A model generated the notes under the pieces. It was not told the DNA's origin. It did not search any database and saw nothing but the letters and a program-made list of their open reading frames with translations. This document shows, one piece after another, positions 29,901-42,700 of a DNA stretch of 64,000 nt. This DNA comes from Eledone cirrhosa (lineage: Eukaryota), in contig OZ024741.1 of the NCBI GenBank assembly GCA_964016885.1, positions 396,304,001 through 396,368,000 on the forward strand. The letters are read 5' to 3'. Within the stretch, counting starts at the first letter, position 1. Every line of letters begins with the position of its first letter. The position numbers were made by a program, and so were the translations under genes.

Positions 29901-31600
29901 TCAAAGTGCATCTATCAGTCACACTACAAGGGTCAAAGTGCATCAATCAGTCACACCACAAGGGTCAAAGTGCTTCAATCAGTCACACCACAAGAGTCAA
30001 ATTCCTTCAATCAGTTACACCACAAGGGTCAAAGTGTTTCAATCAGTCACACCACAAGGGTCAAATTCCTTCAATCAGTCACACCACAAGGGTCAAAGTG
30101 CATCAATCAGTCACACCACAAGGGTCAAATTCCTTCAATCAGTCACACCACAAGGGTCAAAATGCATCAATCAGTCACACCACAAGAGTCAAAGTGCTTC
30201 AATCAGTCACACCACAAGGGTCAAATTCCTTCAATCAGTCACACCACAAGGGTCAAAGTGCATCAATCAGTCACACCACAAGAGTCAAAGTGCATCAATC
30301 AGTCACACCACAAGGGTCAAAGTCCATCAATCAGCCACACCACAAGGGTCAAAGTGCATCAATCAGTCACACCACAAGAGTCAACGTGCATCAATCAGTC
30401 ACACCACAAGAGTCAAAGTGCTTCAATCAGTCACACCACAAGGGTCAAATTCCTTCAATCAGTCACACCACAAGGGTCAAAGTGCATCAATCAGTCACAC
30501 CACAAGGGTCAAAGTGCATCAATCAGTCACACCAAAAAGGTCAAAGTGCATCAATCAGTCACACCACAAGGGTCAAAGTGCATCAATCAGTCACACCACA
30601 AGAGTCAAAGTGCATCAATCAGTCACACCACAAGGGTCAAAGTGCATCAATCAGTCACACCACAAGGGTCAAAGTGCATCAATCAGTCACACCACAAGGG
30701 TCAAAGTGCATCAATCAGTCACACCACAAGAGTCAAAGTGCATCAATCAGTCACACCACAAGGGTCAAATTCCTTCAATCAGTCACACCACAAGAGTCAA
30801 AGTGCATCAATCAGTCACACCACAAGGGTCAAAGTGCATCAATCAGTTACACCACAAGGGTCAAAGTGCATCAATCAGTCAAACCACACGAGTCAAAGTG
30901 CATCAATCAGTCACACCACAAGGGTCAAAGTGCATCAATCAGTCACACCACAAGGGTCAAAGTGCATCAATCAGTCACACCACAAGGGTCAAAGTGCATC
31001 AATCAGTCACACCACAAGAGTCAAAGTGCATCAATCAGTCACACCACAAGAGTCAAGGGGCACCAATCAGTCACACCACAAGGGTCAAATTCCTACAATC
31101 AGTCACACCACAAGGGTCAAAGTGCATCAATCAGTCACACCTCAAGAGTCAAAGTGCATCAATCAGTCACACCACAAGGGTCAAAGTGCATCAATCAGTC
31201 ACACCACGAGGGTCAAAGTGCATCAATCAGTCACACCACAAGGGTCAAAGTGCATCAATCAGTCACACCACAAGGGTCAAAGTGCATCAATCAGTCACAC
31301 CACAAGGGTCAAAGTGCATCAATCAGTCACACCACAAGAGTCAAAGTGCATCAATCAGTCACACCACAAGGGTCAAATTCCTTCAATCAGTCACACCACA
31401 AGAGTCAAAGTGCATCAATCAGTCACACCACAAGGGTCAAAGTGCATCAATCAGTCACACCACAAGGGTCAAAGTGCATCAATCATTCACACCACAAGGG
31501 TCAAAGTGCATCAATCAGTCACACCACAAGGGTCAAAGTGCATCAATCAGTCACACCACAAGAGTCAAAGTGCATCAATCAGTCACACCACAAGGGTCAA
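21000..31600. repeat. Imperfect ~5.8-6.0 kb higher-order duplication (~21.0-25.6 kb vs ~27.0-31.6 kb)
   Basis: Offsets are 6016 (21170/27186), 5600 (22130/27730), 5824 (22578/28402, 22898/28722, 23922/29746) and 5920 (AGTCAAGGGGCACC at 25131/31051). All are multiples of 32. Shared rare markers include CCATAAGG, AAAATGTATC, CACACGGG and CATCTATC..CACTAC. Confidence 0.88.
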
Positions 31601-33579
31601 ATTCCTTCAATCAGTCACACCACAAGGGTCAAAGTGCATCAATCAGTCACACCACAAGAGTCAAAGTGCATCAATCAGTCACACCACAAGGGTCAAAGTG
31701 CATCAATCAGTCACACCACGAGGGTCAAAGTGCATCAATCAGTCACACGACAAGGGTCAAAGTGCATCAATCAGTCACACCACAAGGGTCAAAGTGCATC
31801 AATCAGTCACACCACAAGGGTCAAAGTGCATCAATCAGTCACACCACAAGGGTCAAAGTGCATCAATCAGTCACACCACAAGAGTCAAAGTGCATCAATC
31901 AGTCACACCACAAGGGTCAAAGTGCATCAATCAGCCACACCACAAGGGTCAAAGTGCATCAATCAGTCACACCACAAGGGTCAAAGTGCATCAATCAGTC
32001 ACACCACAAGGGTCAAAGTGCATCAATCAGTCACACCACAAGAGTCAAAGTGCATCAATCAGTCACACCACACGAGTCAAAGTGCATCAATCAGTCACAC
32101 CACAAGGGTCAAAGTGCATCAATCAGTCACACCACAAGGGTCAAAGTGCATCAATCAGTCACACCACAAGAGTCAAAGTGCATCAATCAGCCACACCACA
32201 AGGGTCAAAGTGCATCAATTAGTCACACCACAAGGGTCAAAGTGCATCAATCAGTCAGACCACAAGGGTCAAAGTGGATCAATCAGTCACACCACAAGGT
32301 TCAAAGTGCATCAATCAGTCACACCACAAGGGTCAAAGTGCATCAATCAGTCACACCACAAGAGTCAAAGTGCATCAATCAGTGACACCACAAGAGTCAA
32401 AGGGCACCAATCAGTCACACCACAAGGGTCAAATTCCTTCAATCAGTCACACCACAAGGGTCAAAGTGTATCAATCAGTCACACCTCAAGAGTCAAAGTG
32501 CATCAATCAGTCACACCACAAGGGTCAAAGTGCATCAATCAGACACACCACGAGGGTCAAAGTGCATCAATCAGTCACACGACGAGGGTCAAAGTGCATC
32601 AATCAGTCACACCACAAGGGTCAAAGTGCATCAATCAGTAACACCACAAGAGTCATAGAGCATCAATCAGTCACACCACAAGGGTCAACGTGCATCAATC
32701 AGTCACACCACAAGGGTCAAAGTGCATCAATCAGTCACACCACAAGGGTCAAAGTGCATCAATCAGTCACACCACAAGGGTCAAAGTGCATTAATCAGCC
32801 ACACCACAAGGGTCAAAGTGCATCAATCAGTCACACCACAAGAGTCAAAGTGCATCAATCAACCACACCACAAGAGTCAAAGTGCATCAATCAGTTACAC
32901 CACAAGAGTCAAAGTGCATCAATCAGTCACACCACAAGAGTCAAAGTGCATCAATCAGTCACACCACAAGAGTCAAAGTGCATCAATCAGTTACACCACA
33001 AGAGTCAAAGTGCATCAATCAGTCACACCACAAGGGTCAAAGTGCATCAATCAGCCACACCACAAGGTTCAAAGTGCATCAATCAGTCACACCACAAGAG
33101 TCAAAGTGCATCAATCAGTCACACCACAAGGGTCAAAGTGCATCAATCAGTTACACCACAAGAGTCAAAGTGCATCAATCAGTTACACCACAAGAGTCAA
33201 AGTGCATCAATCAGTCACACCACAAGAGTCAAAGTGCATCAATCAGTCACACCACAAGGGTCAAAGTGCATCAATCAGTCACACCACAAGGGTCAAAGTG
33301 CATCAGTTACACCACAAGAGTCAATGTGCATCAATCAGTTACACCACAAGAGTCAAAGTGCATCAATCAGACACACCACAAGAGTCAAAGTGCATCAATC
33401 AGTCACACCACAAGGGTCAAAGTGCATCAATCAGTCACACCACAAGGGTCAAAGTGCATCAATCAGTCACACCACAAGAGTCAAAGTGCATCAATCAGTC
33501 ACACCACAAGGGTCAAAGTCCATCAATCAGTCACACCACAAGGGTCAAAGTGCATCAATCAGTCACACCACAAGGGTCA

Positions 33580-36500
33580 AAGTGCATCAATCAGTCACAG
33601 CACAAGGGTCAAAGTGTTTCAATCAGTCACACCACAAGGGTCAAAGTGCATCAATCAGTCACACCACAAGAGTCAAAGTGCATCAATCAGTCACACCACA
33701 AGGGTCAAAGTGCATCAATCAGTCACACCACAAGGGTCAAAGTGTTTCAATCAGTCACACCACAAGGGTCAAAGTGCATCAATCAGTCACACCACAAGGG
33801 TTAAAGTGCATCAATCAGTCACACCACAAGGGTCAAAGTGCATCAATCAGTCACACCACAAGGGTCAAATTCCTTCAATCAGTCACACCACAAGGGTCAA
33901 ATTGTTTCAATCAGTCACACCACAAGGGTCAAAGTGCATCAATCAGTCACACCACTAGGGTCAAAGTGCATCAATCAGTCACACCACAAGGGTCAAATTC
34001 CTTCAATCAGTCACACCACAAGAGTCAAAGTGCATCATTCAGCCACACCACAAGAGTCAAAGTGCATCAATCAGTTACACCACAAGAGTCAAAGTGCATC
34101 AATCAGTCACACCACAAGAGTCAAAGTGCATCGATCAGTCACACCACAAGAGTCAAAGTGCATCAATCAGTTACACCACAAGAGTCAAAGTGCATCAATC
34201 AGTCACACCACAAGGGTCAAAGTGCATCGATCAGCCACAGCACAAGGGTCAAAGTGCATCAATCAGTTACACCACAAGAGTCAAAGTGCATCAATCAGTC
34301 ACACCACAAGAGTCAAAGTGCATCAATCAATCACACCACAAGGGTCAAAGTGCATCAATCAGTCACACCACAAGGGTCAAAGTACATCAATCAGTCACAC
34401 CACAAGAATCAAAGTGCATCAATCAGTTACACCACAAGGGTCAAAGTGCATCAATCAGTTACACCACAAGAGTCAAAGTGCATCAATCAGTTACACCACA
34501 AGAGTCAAAGTGCATCAATCAGTCACACCACAAGAGTCAAAGTGCATCAATCAGTCACACCACAAGGGTCAAAGTGTTTCAATCAGTCACACCACAAGGG
34601 TCAAAGTGCATCAATCAGTCACACCACAAGGGTCAAAGTATTTCAATCAGTCACACCACAAGGGTCAAAGTGCATCAATCAGTCACACCACAAGAGTGAA
34701 AGTGCATCAATCAGTCACACCACAAGGGTCAAAGTGCATCAATCAGTCACACCACAAGGGTCAAATTCCTTCAATCAGTCACACCACAAGGGTCAAAGTG
34801 CATCAATCAGTCACACCACAAGGGTCAAATTCCTTCAATCAGTCACACCACAAGGGTCAAAGTGCATCAATCAGTCACACCACAAGAGTCAAAGTGCTTC
34901 AATCAGTCACACCACAAGGGTCAAATTCCTTCAATCAGTCACACCACAAGGGTCAAAGTGCATCAATCAGTCACACCACAAGAGTCAAAGTGCATCAATC
35001 AGTCACACCACAAGGGTCAAAGTGCATCAATCAGTCACACCACAAGAGTCAAAGTGCATCAATCAGTCACACCACAAGGGTCAAAGTGCATCAATCAGTC
35101 ACACCACAAGGGTCAAAGTGCATCAATCAGTCACACCACAAGGGTCAAAGTGCATCAATCAGTCACACCACAAGAGTCAAAGTGCATCAACCAGTCACAC
35201 CACAAGGGTCAAATTCCTTCAATCAGTCACACCACAAGAGTCAAAGTGCATCAATCAGTCACACCACAAGGGTCAAAGTGCATCAATCAGTCACAGCACA
35301 AGGGTCAAAGTGTTTCAATCAGTCACACCACAAGGGTCAAAGTGCATCAATCAGTCACACCACAAGGGTCAAAGTGTTTCAATCAGTCACACCACAAGGG
35401 TCAAAGTGCATCAATCAGTCAGACCACAAGAGTCAAAGTGCATCAATCAGTCACACCACAAGGGTCAAAGTGCATCAATCAGTCACACCACAAGGGTCAA
35501 AGTGTTTCAATCAGTCACACCACAAGGGTCAAAGTGCATCAATCAGTCACACCACAAGGGTTAAAGTGCATCAATCAGTCACACCACAAGGGTCAAAGTG
35601 CATCAATCAGTCACACCACAAGGGTCAAATTCCTTCAATCAGTCACACCACAAGGGTCAAATTGTTTCAATCAGTCACACCACAAGGGTCAAAGTGCATC
35701 AATCAGTCACACCACTAGGGTCAAAGTGCATCAATCAGTCACACCACAAGGGTCAAATTCCTTCAATCAGTCACACCACAAGAGTCAAAGTGCATCAATC
35801 AGCCACACCACAAGAGTCAAAGTGCATCAATCAGTTACACCACAAGAGTCAAAGTGCATCAATCAGTCACACCACAAGAGTCAAAGTGCATCGATCAGTC
35901 ACACCACAAGAGTCAAAGTGCATCAATCAGTTACACCACAAGAGTCAAAGTGCATCAATCAGTCACACCACAAGGGTCAAAGTGCATCGATCAGCCACAG
36001 CACAAGGGTCAAAGTGCATCAATCAGTTACACCACAAGAGTCAAAGTGCATCAATCAGTCACACCACAAGAGTCAAAGTGCATCAATCAATCACACCACA
36101 AGGGTCAAAGTGCATCAATCAGTCACGCCACAAGGGTCAAAGTACATCAATCAGTCACACCACAAGAATCAAAGTGCATCAATCAGTTACACCACAAGGG
36201 TCAAAGTGCATCAATCAGTTACACCACAAGAGTCAAAGTGCATCAATCAGTTACACCACAAGAGTCAAAGTGCATCAATCAGTCACACCACAAGAGTCAA
36301 AGTGCATCAATCAGTCACACCACAAGGGTCAAAGTGTTTCAATCAGTCACACCACAAGGGTCAAAGTGCATCAATCAGTCACACCACAAGGGTCAAAGTA
36401 TTTCAATCAGTCACACCACAAGGGTCAAAGTGCATCAATCAGTCACACCACAAGAGTGAAAGTGCATCAATCAGTCACACCACAAGGGTCAAAGTGCATC

Positions 36501-36750
36501 AATCAGTCACACCACAAGGGTCAAATTCCTTCAATCAGTCACACCACAAGGGTCAAAGTGCATCAATCAGTCACACCACAAGGGTCAAATTCCTTCAATC
36601 AGTCACACCACAAGGGTCAAAGTGCATCAATCAGTCACACCACAAGAGTCAAAGTGCTTCAATCAGTCACACCACAAGGGTCAAATTCCTTCAATCAGTC
36701 ACACCACAAGGGTCAAAGTGCATCAATCAGTCACACCACAAGAGTCAAAG
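33580..36750. repeat. 1760-bp (55-monomer) tandem higher-order repeat, also present at ~53.9-56.8 kb
   Basis: ORF pairs 33838/35598, 34094/35854, 34862/36622 and 54198/55958, 54454/56214. Markers GGGTTAAAG, AAATTGTTTC, CACTAGG, CATCGATCAGCCACAGC and AAGTATTTC recur at 1760. Confidence 0.9.
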
Positions 36751-39700
36751 TGCATCAATCAGTCACACCACAAGGGTCAAAGTGCATCAATCAGCCACAC
36801 CACAAGGGTCAAAGTGCATCAATCAGTCACACCACAAGAGTCAAAGTGCATCAATCAGTCACACCACAAGAGTCAAAGTGCATCAATCAGTGACACCACA
36901 AGGGTCAAAGTGCTTCAATCAGTCACACCACAAGAGTCAAAGTGCATCAATCAGTCACACCACATGGGTCAAAGTGCTTCAATCAGTCACACCACAAGGG
37001 TGAAAGGACATCAATTGGTCACACCACAAGAGTCAAAGTGCATCAATCAGTCACACCACAAGGGTCAAAGTGCATCAATCAGTCACACCACAAGGGTCAA
37101 AGTGCTTCAATCAGTCACACCACAAGGGTCAAAGTGCATCAATCAGTAACACCACAAGAGTCAAAGAGCATCAATCAGTCACACCACAAGGGTCAACGTG
37201 CATCAATCAGTCACACCACAAGGGTCAAAGTGCATCAATCAGTCACACAACAAGGGTCAAAGTGCATCAATCAGCCACACCACAAGGGTCAAAGTGCATC
37301 AATCAGTCACACCACAAGAGTCAAAGTGCATCAATCAGCCACACCACAAGAGTCAAAGTGCATCAATCAGTTACACCACAAGAGTCAAAGTGCATCAATC
37401 AGTCACACCACAAGAGTCAAAGTGCATCGATCAGTCACACCACAAGAGTCAAAGTGCATCAATCAGTTACACCACAAGAGTCAAAGTGCATCAATCAGTC
37501 ACACCACAAGGGTCAAAGTGCATCAATCAACCACACCACAAGGGTCAAAGTACATCAATCAGTCACACCTCAAGAGTCAAAGTGCATCAATCAGTCACAC
37601 CACAAGGGTCAAAGTGCATCAATCAGTTACACCACAAGAGTCAAAGTGCATCAATCAGTTACACCACAAGAGTCAAAGTGCATCAATCAGTCACACCACA
37701 AGAGTCAAAGTGCATCAATCAATCAATCACACCACAAGGGTCAAAGTGCATCAATCAGTCACACCACAAGGGTTAAAGTGCATCAATCAGTCACACCACA
37801 AGAGTCAAAGTGCATCAATCAGTTACACCACAAGAGTCAAAGTGCATCAATCAGTCACACCACAAGGGTCAAAGTGCATCAATCAGTTACACCACAAGAG
37901 TCAAAGTGCATCAATCAGTTACACCACAAGAGTCAAAGTGCATCAATCAGACACACCACAAGGGTCAAAGTGCATCAATCAGTTACACCACAAGAGTCAA
38001 AGTGCATCAATCAGACACACCACAATGGTCAAAGTGCATCAATCAGTTACACCACAAGAGTCAAAGTGCATCAATCAGTCACACCACAAGGGTCAAAGTG
38101 CATCAATCAGTCACACCACAAGGGTCAAAGTGCATCAATCAGTCACACCACAAGAGTCAAAGTGCATCAATCAGTCACACCACAAGGGTCAAAGTGCATC
38201 AATCAGTCACACCACAAGGGTCAAAGTGCATCAATCAGTCACACCACAAGGGTCAAAGTGCATCAATCAGTCACACCACAAGAGTCAAAGTGCATCAATC
38301 AGTCACACCACAAGGGTCAAATTCCTTCAATCAGTCACACCACAAGAGTCAAAGTGCATCAATCAGTCACACCACAAGGGTCAAAGTGCATCGATCAGCC
38401 ACACCACAAGGGTCAAAGTACATCAATCAGTTACACCACAAGAGTCAAAGTGCATCAATCAGTTACACCACAAGAGTCAAAGTGCATCAATCAGTCACAC
38501 CACAAGAGTCAAAGTTCATCAATCAATCACACCACAAGGGTCAAAGTGCATCAATCAGTCACACCACAAGGGTCAAAGTACATCAATCAGTCACACCACA
38601 AGAGTCAAAGTGCATCAATCAGTTACACCACAAGAGTCAAAGTGCATCAATCAGTCACACCACAAGGGTCAAAGTGCATCAATCAGTTACACCACAAGAG
38701 TCAATGTGCATCAATCAGTTACACCACAAGAGTCAAAGTGCATCAATCATACACACCACAAGGGTCAAAGTGCATCAATCAGTTACACCACAAGAGTCAA
38801 AGTGCATCAATCAGTTACACCACAAGAGTCAAAGTGCATCAATCAGTCACACCACAAGAGTCAAAGTGCATCAATCAGTCACACCACAAGGGTCAAAGTG
38901 TTTCAATCAGTCACACCACAAGGGTCAAAGTGCATCAATCAGTCACACCACAAGGGTCAAAGTATTTCAATCAGTCACACCACAAGGGTCAAAGTGCATC
39001 AATCAGTCACACCACAAGAGTGAAAGTGCATCAATCAGTCACACCAGAAGGGTCAAAGTGCATCAATCAGTCACACCACAAGGGTCAAATTCCTTCAATC
39101 AGTCACACCACAAGGGTCAAAGTGCATCAATTAGTCACATCACAAGGGTCAAATTCCTTCAATCAGTCACACCACAAGGGTCAAAGTGCATCAATCAGTC
39201 ACACCACAAGAGTCAAAGTGCTTCAATCAGTCACACCACAAGGGTCAAATTCCTTCAATCAGTCACACCACAAGGGTCAAAGTGCATCAATCAGTCACAC
39301 CACAAGAGTCAAAGTGCATCAATCAGTCACACCACAAGGGTCAAAGTGCATCAATCAGCCACACCACAAGGGTCAAAGTGCATCAATCAGTCACACCACA
39401 AGAGTCAAAGTGCATCAATCAGTCACACCACAAGAGTCAAAGTGCATCAATCAGTGACACCACAAGGGTCAAAGTGCTTCAATCAGTCACACCACAAGAG
39501 TCAAAGTGCATCAATCAGTCACACCACATGGGTCAAAGTGCTTCAATCAGTCACACCACAAGGGTGAAAGGGCATCAATTGGTCACACCACAAGAGTCAA
39601 AGTGCATCAATCAGTCACACCACAAGGGTCAAAGTGCATCAATCAGTCACACCACAAGGGTCAAAGTGCTTCAATCAGTCACACCACAAGGGTCAAAGTG

Positions 39701-42700
39701 CATCAATCAGTAACACCACAAGAGTCAAAGAGCATCAATCAGTCACACCACAAGGGTCAACGTGCATCAATCAGTCACACCACAAGGGTCAAAGAGCATC
39801 AATCAGTCACACCACAAGGGTCAAAGTGCATCAATCAGTCACACCACAAGGGTCAAAGTGCATCAATCAGCCACACCACAAGGGTCAAAGTGCATCAATC
39901 AGTCACACCAAAAGAGTCAAAGTGCATCAATCAGCCACACCACAAGAGTCAAAGTGCATCAATCAGTTACACCACAAGAGTCAAAGTGCATCAATCAGTC
40001 ACACCACAAGAGTCAAAGTGCATCGATCAGTCACACCACAAGAGTCAAAGTGCATCAATCAGTTACACCACAAGAGTCAAAGTGCATCAATCAGTCACAC
40101 CACAAGGGTCAAAGTGCATCAATCAACCACACCACAAGGGTCAAAGTACATCAATCAGTCACACCACAAGAGTCAAAGTGCATCAATCAGTCACACCACA
40201 AGGGTCAAAGTGCATCAATCAGTTACACCACAAGAGTCAAAGTGCATCAATCAGTTACACCACAAGAGTCAAAGTGCATCAATCAGTCACACCACAAGAG
40301 TCAAAGTGCATCAATCAATCACACCACAAGGGTCAAAGTGCATCAATCAGTCACACCACAAGGGTCAAAGTGCATCAATCAGTCACACCACAAGAGTCAA
40401 AGTGCATCAATCAGTTACACCACAAGAGTCAAAGTGCATCAATCAGTCACACCACAAGGGTCAAAGTGCATCAATCAGTTACACCACAAGAGTCAAAGTG
40501 CATCAATCAGTTACACCACAAGAGTCAAAGTGCATCAATCAGACACACCACAAGGGTCAAAGTGCATCAATCAGTTACACCACAAGAGTCAAAGTGCATC
40601 AATCAGACACACCACAAGGGTCAAAGTGCATCAATCAGTTACACCACAAGAGTCAAAGTGCATCAATCAGTCACACCACAAGGGTCAAAGTGCATCAATC
40701 AGTCACACCACAAGGGTCAAAGTGCATCAATCAGTCACACCACAAGAGTCAAAGTGCATCAATCAGTCACACCACAAGGGTCAAAGTGCATCAATCAGTC
40801 ACACCACAAGGGTCAAAGTGCATCAATCAGTCACACCACAAGGGTCAAAGTGCATCAATCAGTCACACCACAAGAGTCAAAGTGCATCAATCAGTCACAC
40901 CACAAGGGTCAAATTCCTTCAATCAGTCACACCACAAGAGTCAAAGTGCATCAATCAGTCACACCACAAGGGTCAAAGTGTTTCAATCAGTCACACCACA
41001 AGGGTCAAAGTGCATCAATCAGTCACACCACAAGAGTCAAAGTGCATCAATCAGTCACACCACAAGGGTCAAAGTGCATCAATCAGTCCCACCACAAGGG
41101 TCAAAGTGTTTCAATCAGTCACACCACAAGGGTCAAAGTGCATCAATCAGTCACACCACAAGGGTCAAAGTGCATCAATCAGTCACACCACAAGGGTCAA
41201 AGTGCATCAATCAGTCACACCACAAGGGTCAAATTCCTTCAATCAGTCACACCACAAGGGTCAAAGTGTTTCAATCAGTCACACCACAAGGGTCAAAGTG
41301 CATCAATGAGTCACACCACTAGGGTCAAAGTGCATCAATCAGTCACACCACAAGGGTCAAATTCCTTCAATCAGTCACACCACATGGGTCAAAGTGTTTC
41401 AATCAGTCACACCACAAGGGTCAAAGTGCATCAATCAGTCACACCACAAGAGTTAAAGTGCAACAATCAGTCACACCACAAGGGTCAAAATGCATCAATC
41501 AGTCACACCACAAGGGTCAAAGTGCATCAATCAGTCACACCACAAGGGTCAAAGTGCATCAATCAGCCACACCACAAGGGTCAAAGTGCATCAATCAGTC
41601 ACACCACAAGGGTCAAAGTGCATCAATCAGCCACACCACAAGGGTCAAAGTGCATCAATCAGTCACACCACAAGAGTCAAAGTGCATCAATCAGTGACAC
41701 CACAAGGGTCAAAGTGCTTCAATCAGTCACACCACAAGAGTCAAAGTGCATCAATGAGTCACACCACAAGGGTCAAAGTGCATCTATCAGTCACACCACA
41801 AAATTCAAAGTGCTTCAATCAGTCACACCACAAGGGTCAAATTCCTTCAATCAGTCACACCACAAGGGTCAAAGTGCATCAATCAGTCACACCACAAGGG
41901 TCAAAGTGCATCAATCAGTCACACCACAAGGGTCAAATTCCTTCAATCAGTCACACCACAAGAGTCAAAGTGCATCAATCAGTCACACCACAAGAGTCAA
42001 AGTGCTTCAATCAGTCACACCACAAGGGTCAAAGTGCATCAATCAGTCACACCACAAGGGTCAAAGTGCATCAATCAGTCACACCACAAGGGTCAAAGTG
42101 CATCAATCAGTCACACCACAAGGGTCAAAGTGCATCAATCAGTCACACCACAAGGGTCAAATTGCATCAATCAGTTACACCACAAGGGTCAAAGTGCATT
42201 AATCAGTCACACCACAAGGGTCAAATTCCTTCAATCAGTCACACCACAAGGGTCAAAGTGCATCAATCAGTCACACCACAAGAGTCAAAGTGCATCAATC
42301 AGTCAAACCACAAGGGTCAAAGTGCATCAATCAGCCACACCACAAGGGTCAAAGTGCATCAATCAGTAACACCACAAGGGTCAAGGTGCATCAATCAGTC
42401 ACACCACAAGGGTCAAAGTGCATCAATCAGTCACACCACAAGGGTCAAAGTGCATCAATCAGTCACACCACAAGGGTCAAAGTGCATCAATCAGTCACAC
42501 CACAAGGGTCAAAGTGCATCAATCAGTCACACCACAAGAGTCAAAGTGCATCAATCAGTCACACCACAAGGGTCAAATTCCTTCAATCAGTCACACCACA
42601 AGGGTCAAAGTGCATCAATCAGTCACACCACACGAGTCAAAGTGCATCAATCAGTCACACCACAAGGGTCAAAGTGCATCAATCAGTCACACCACAAGGG

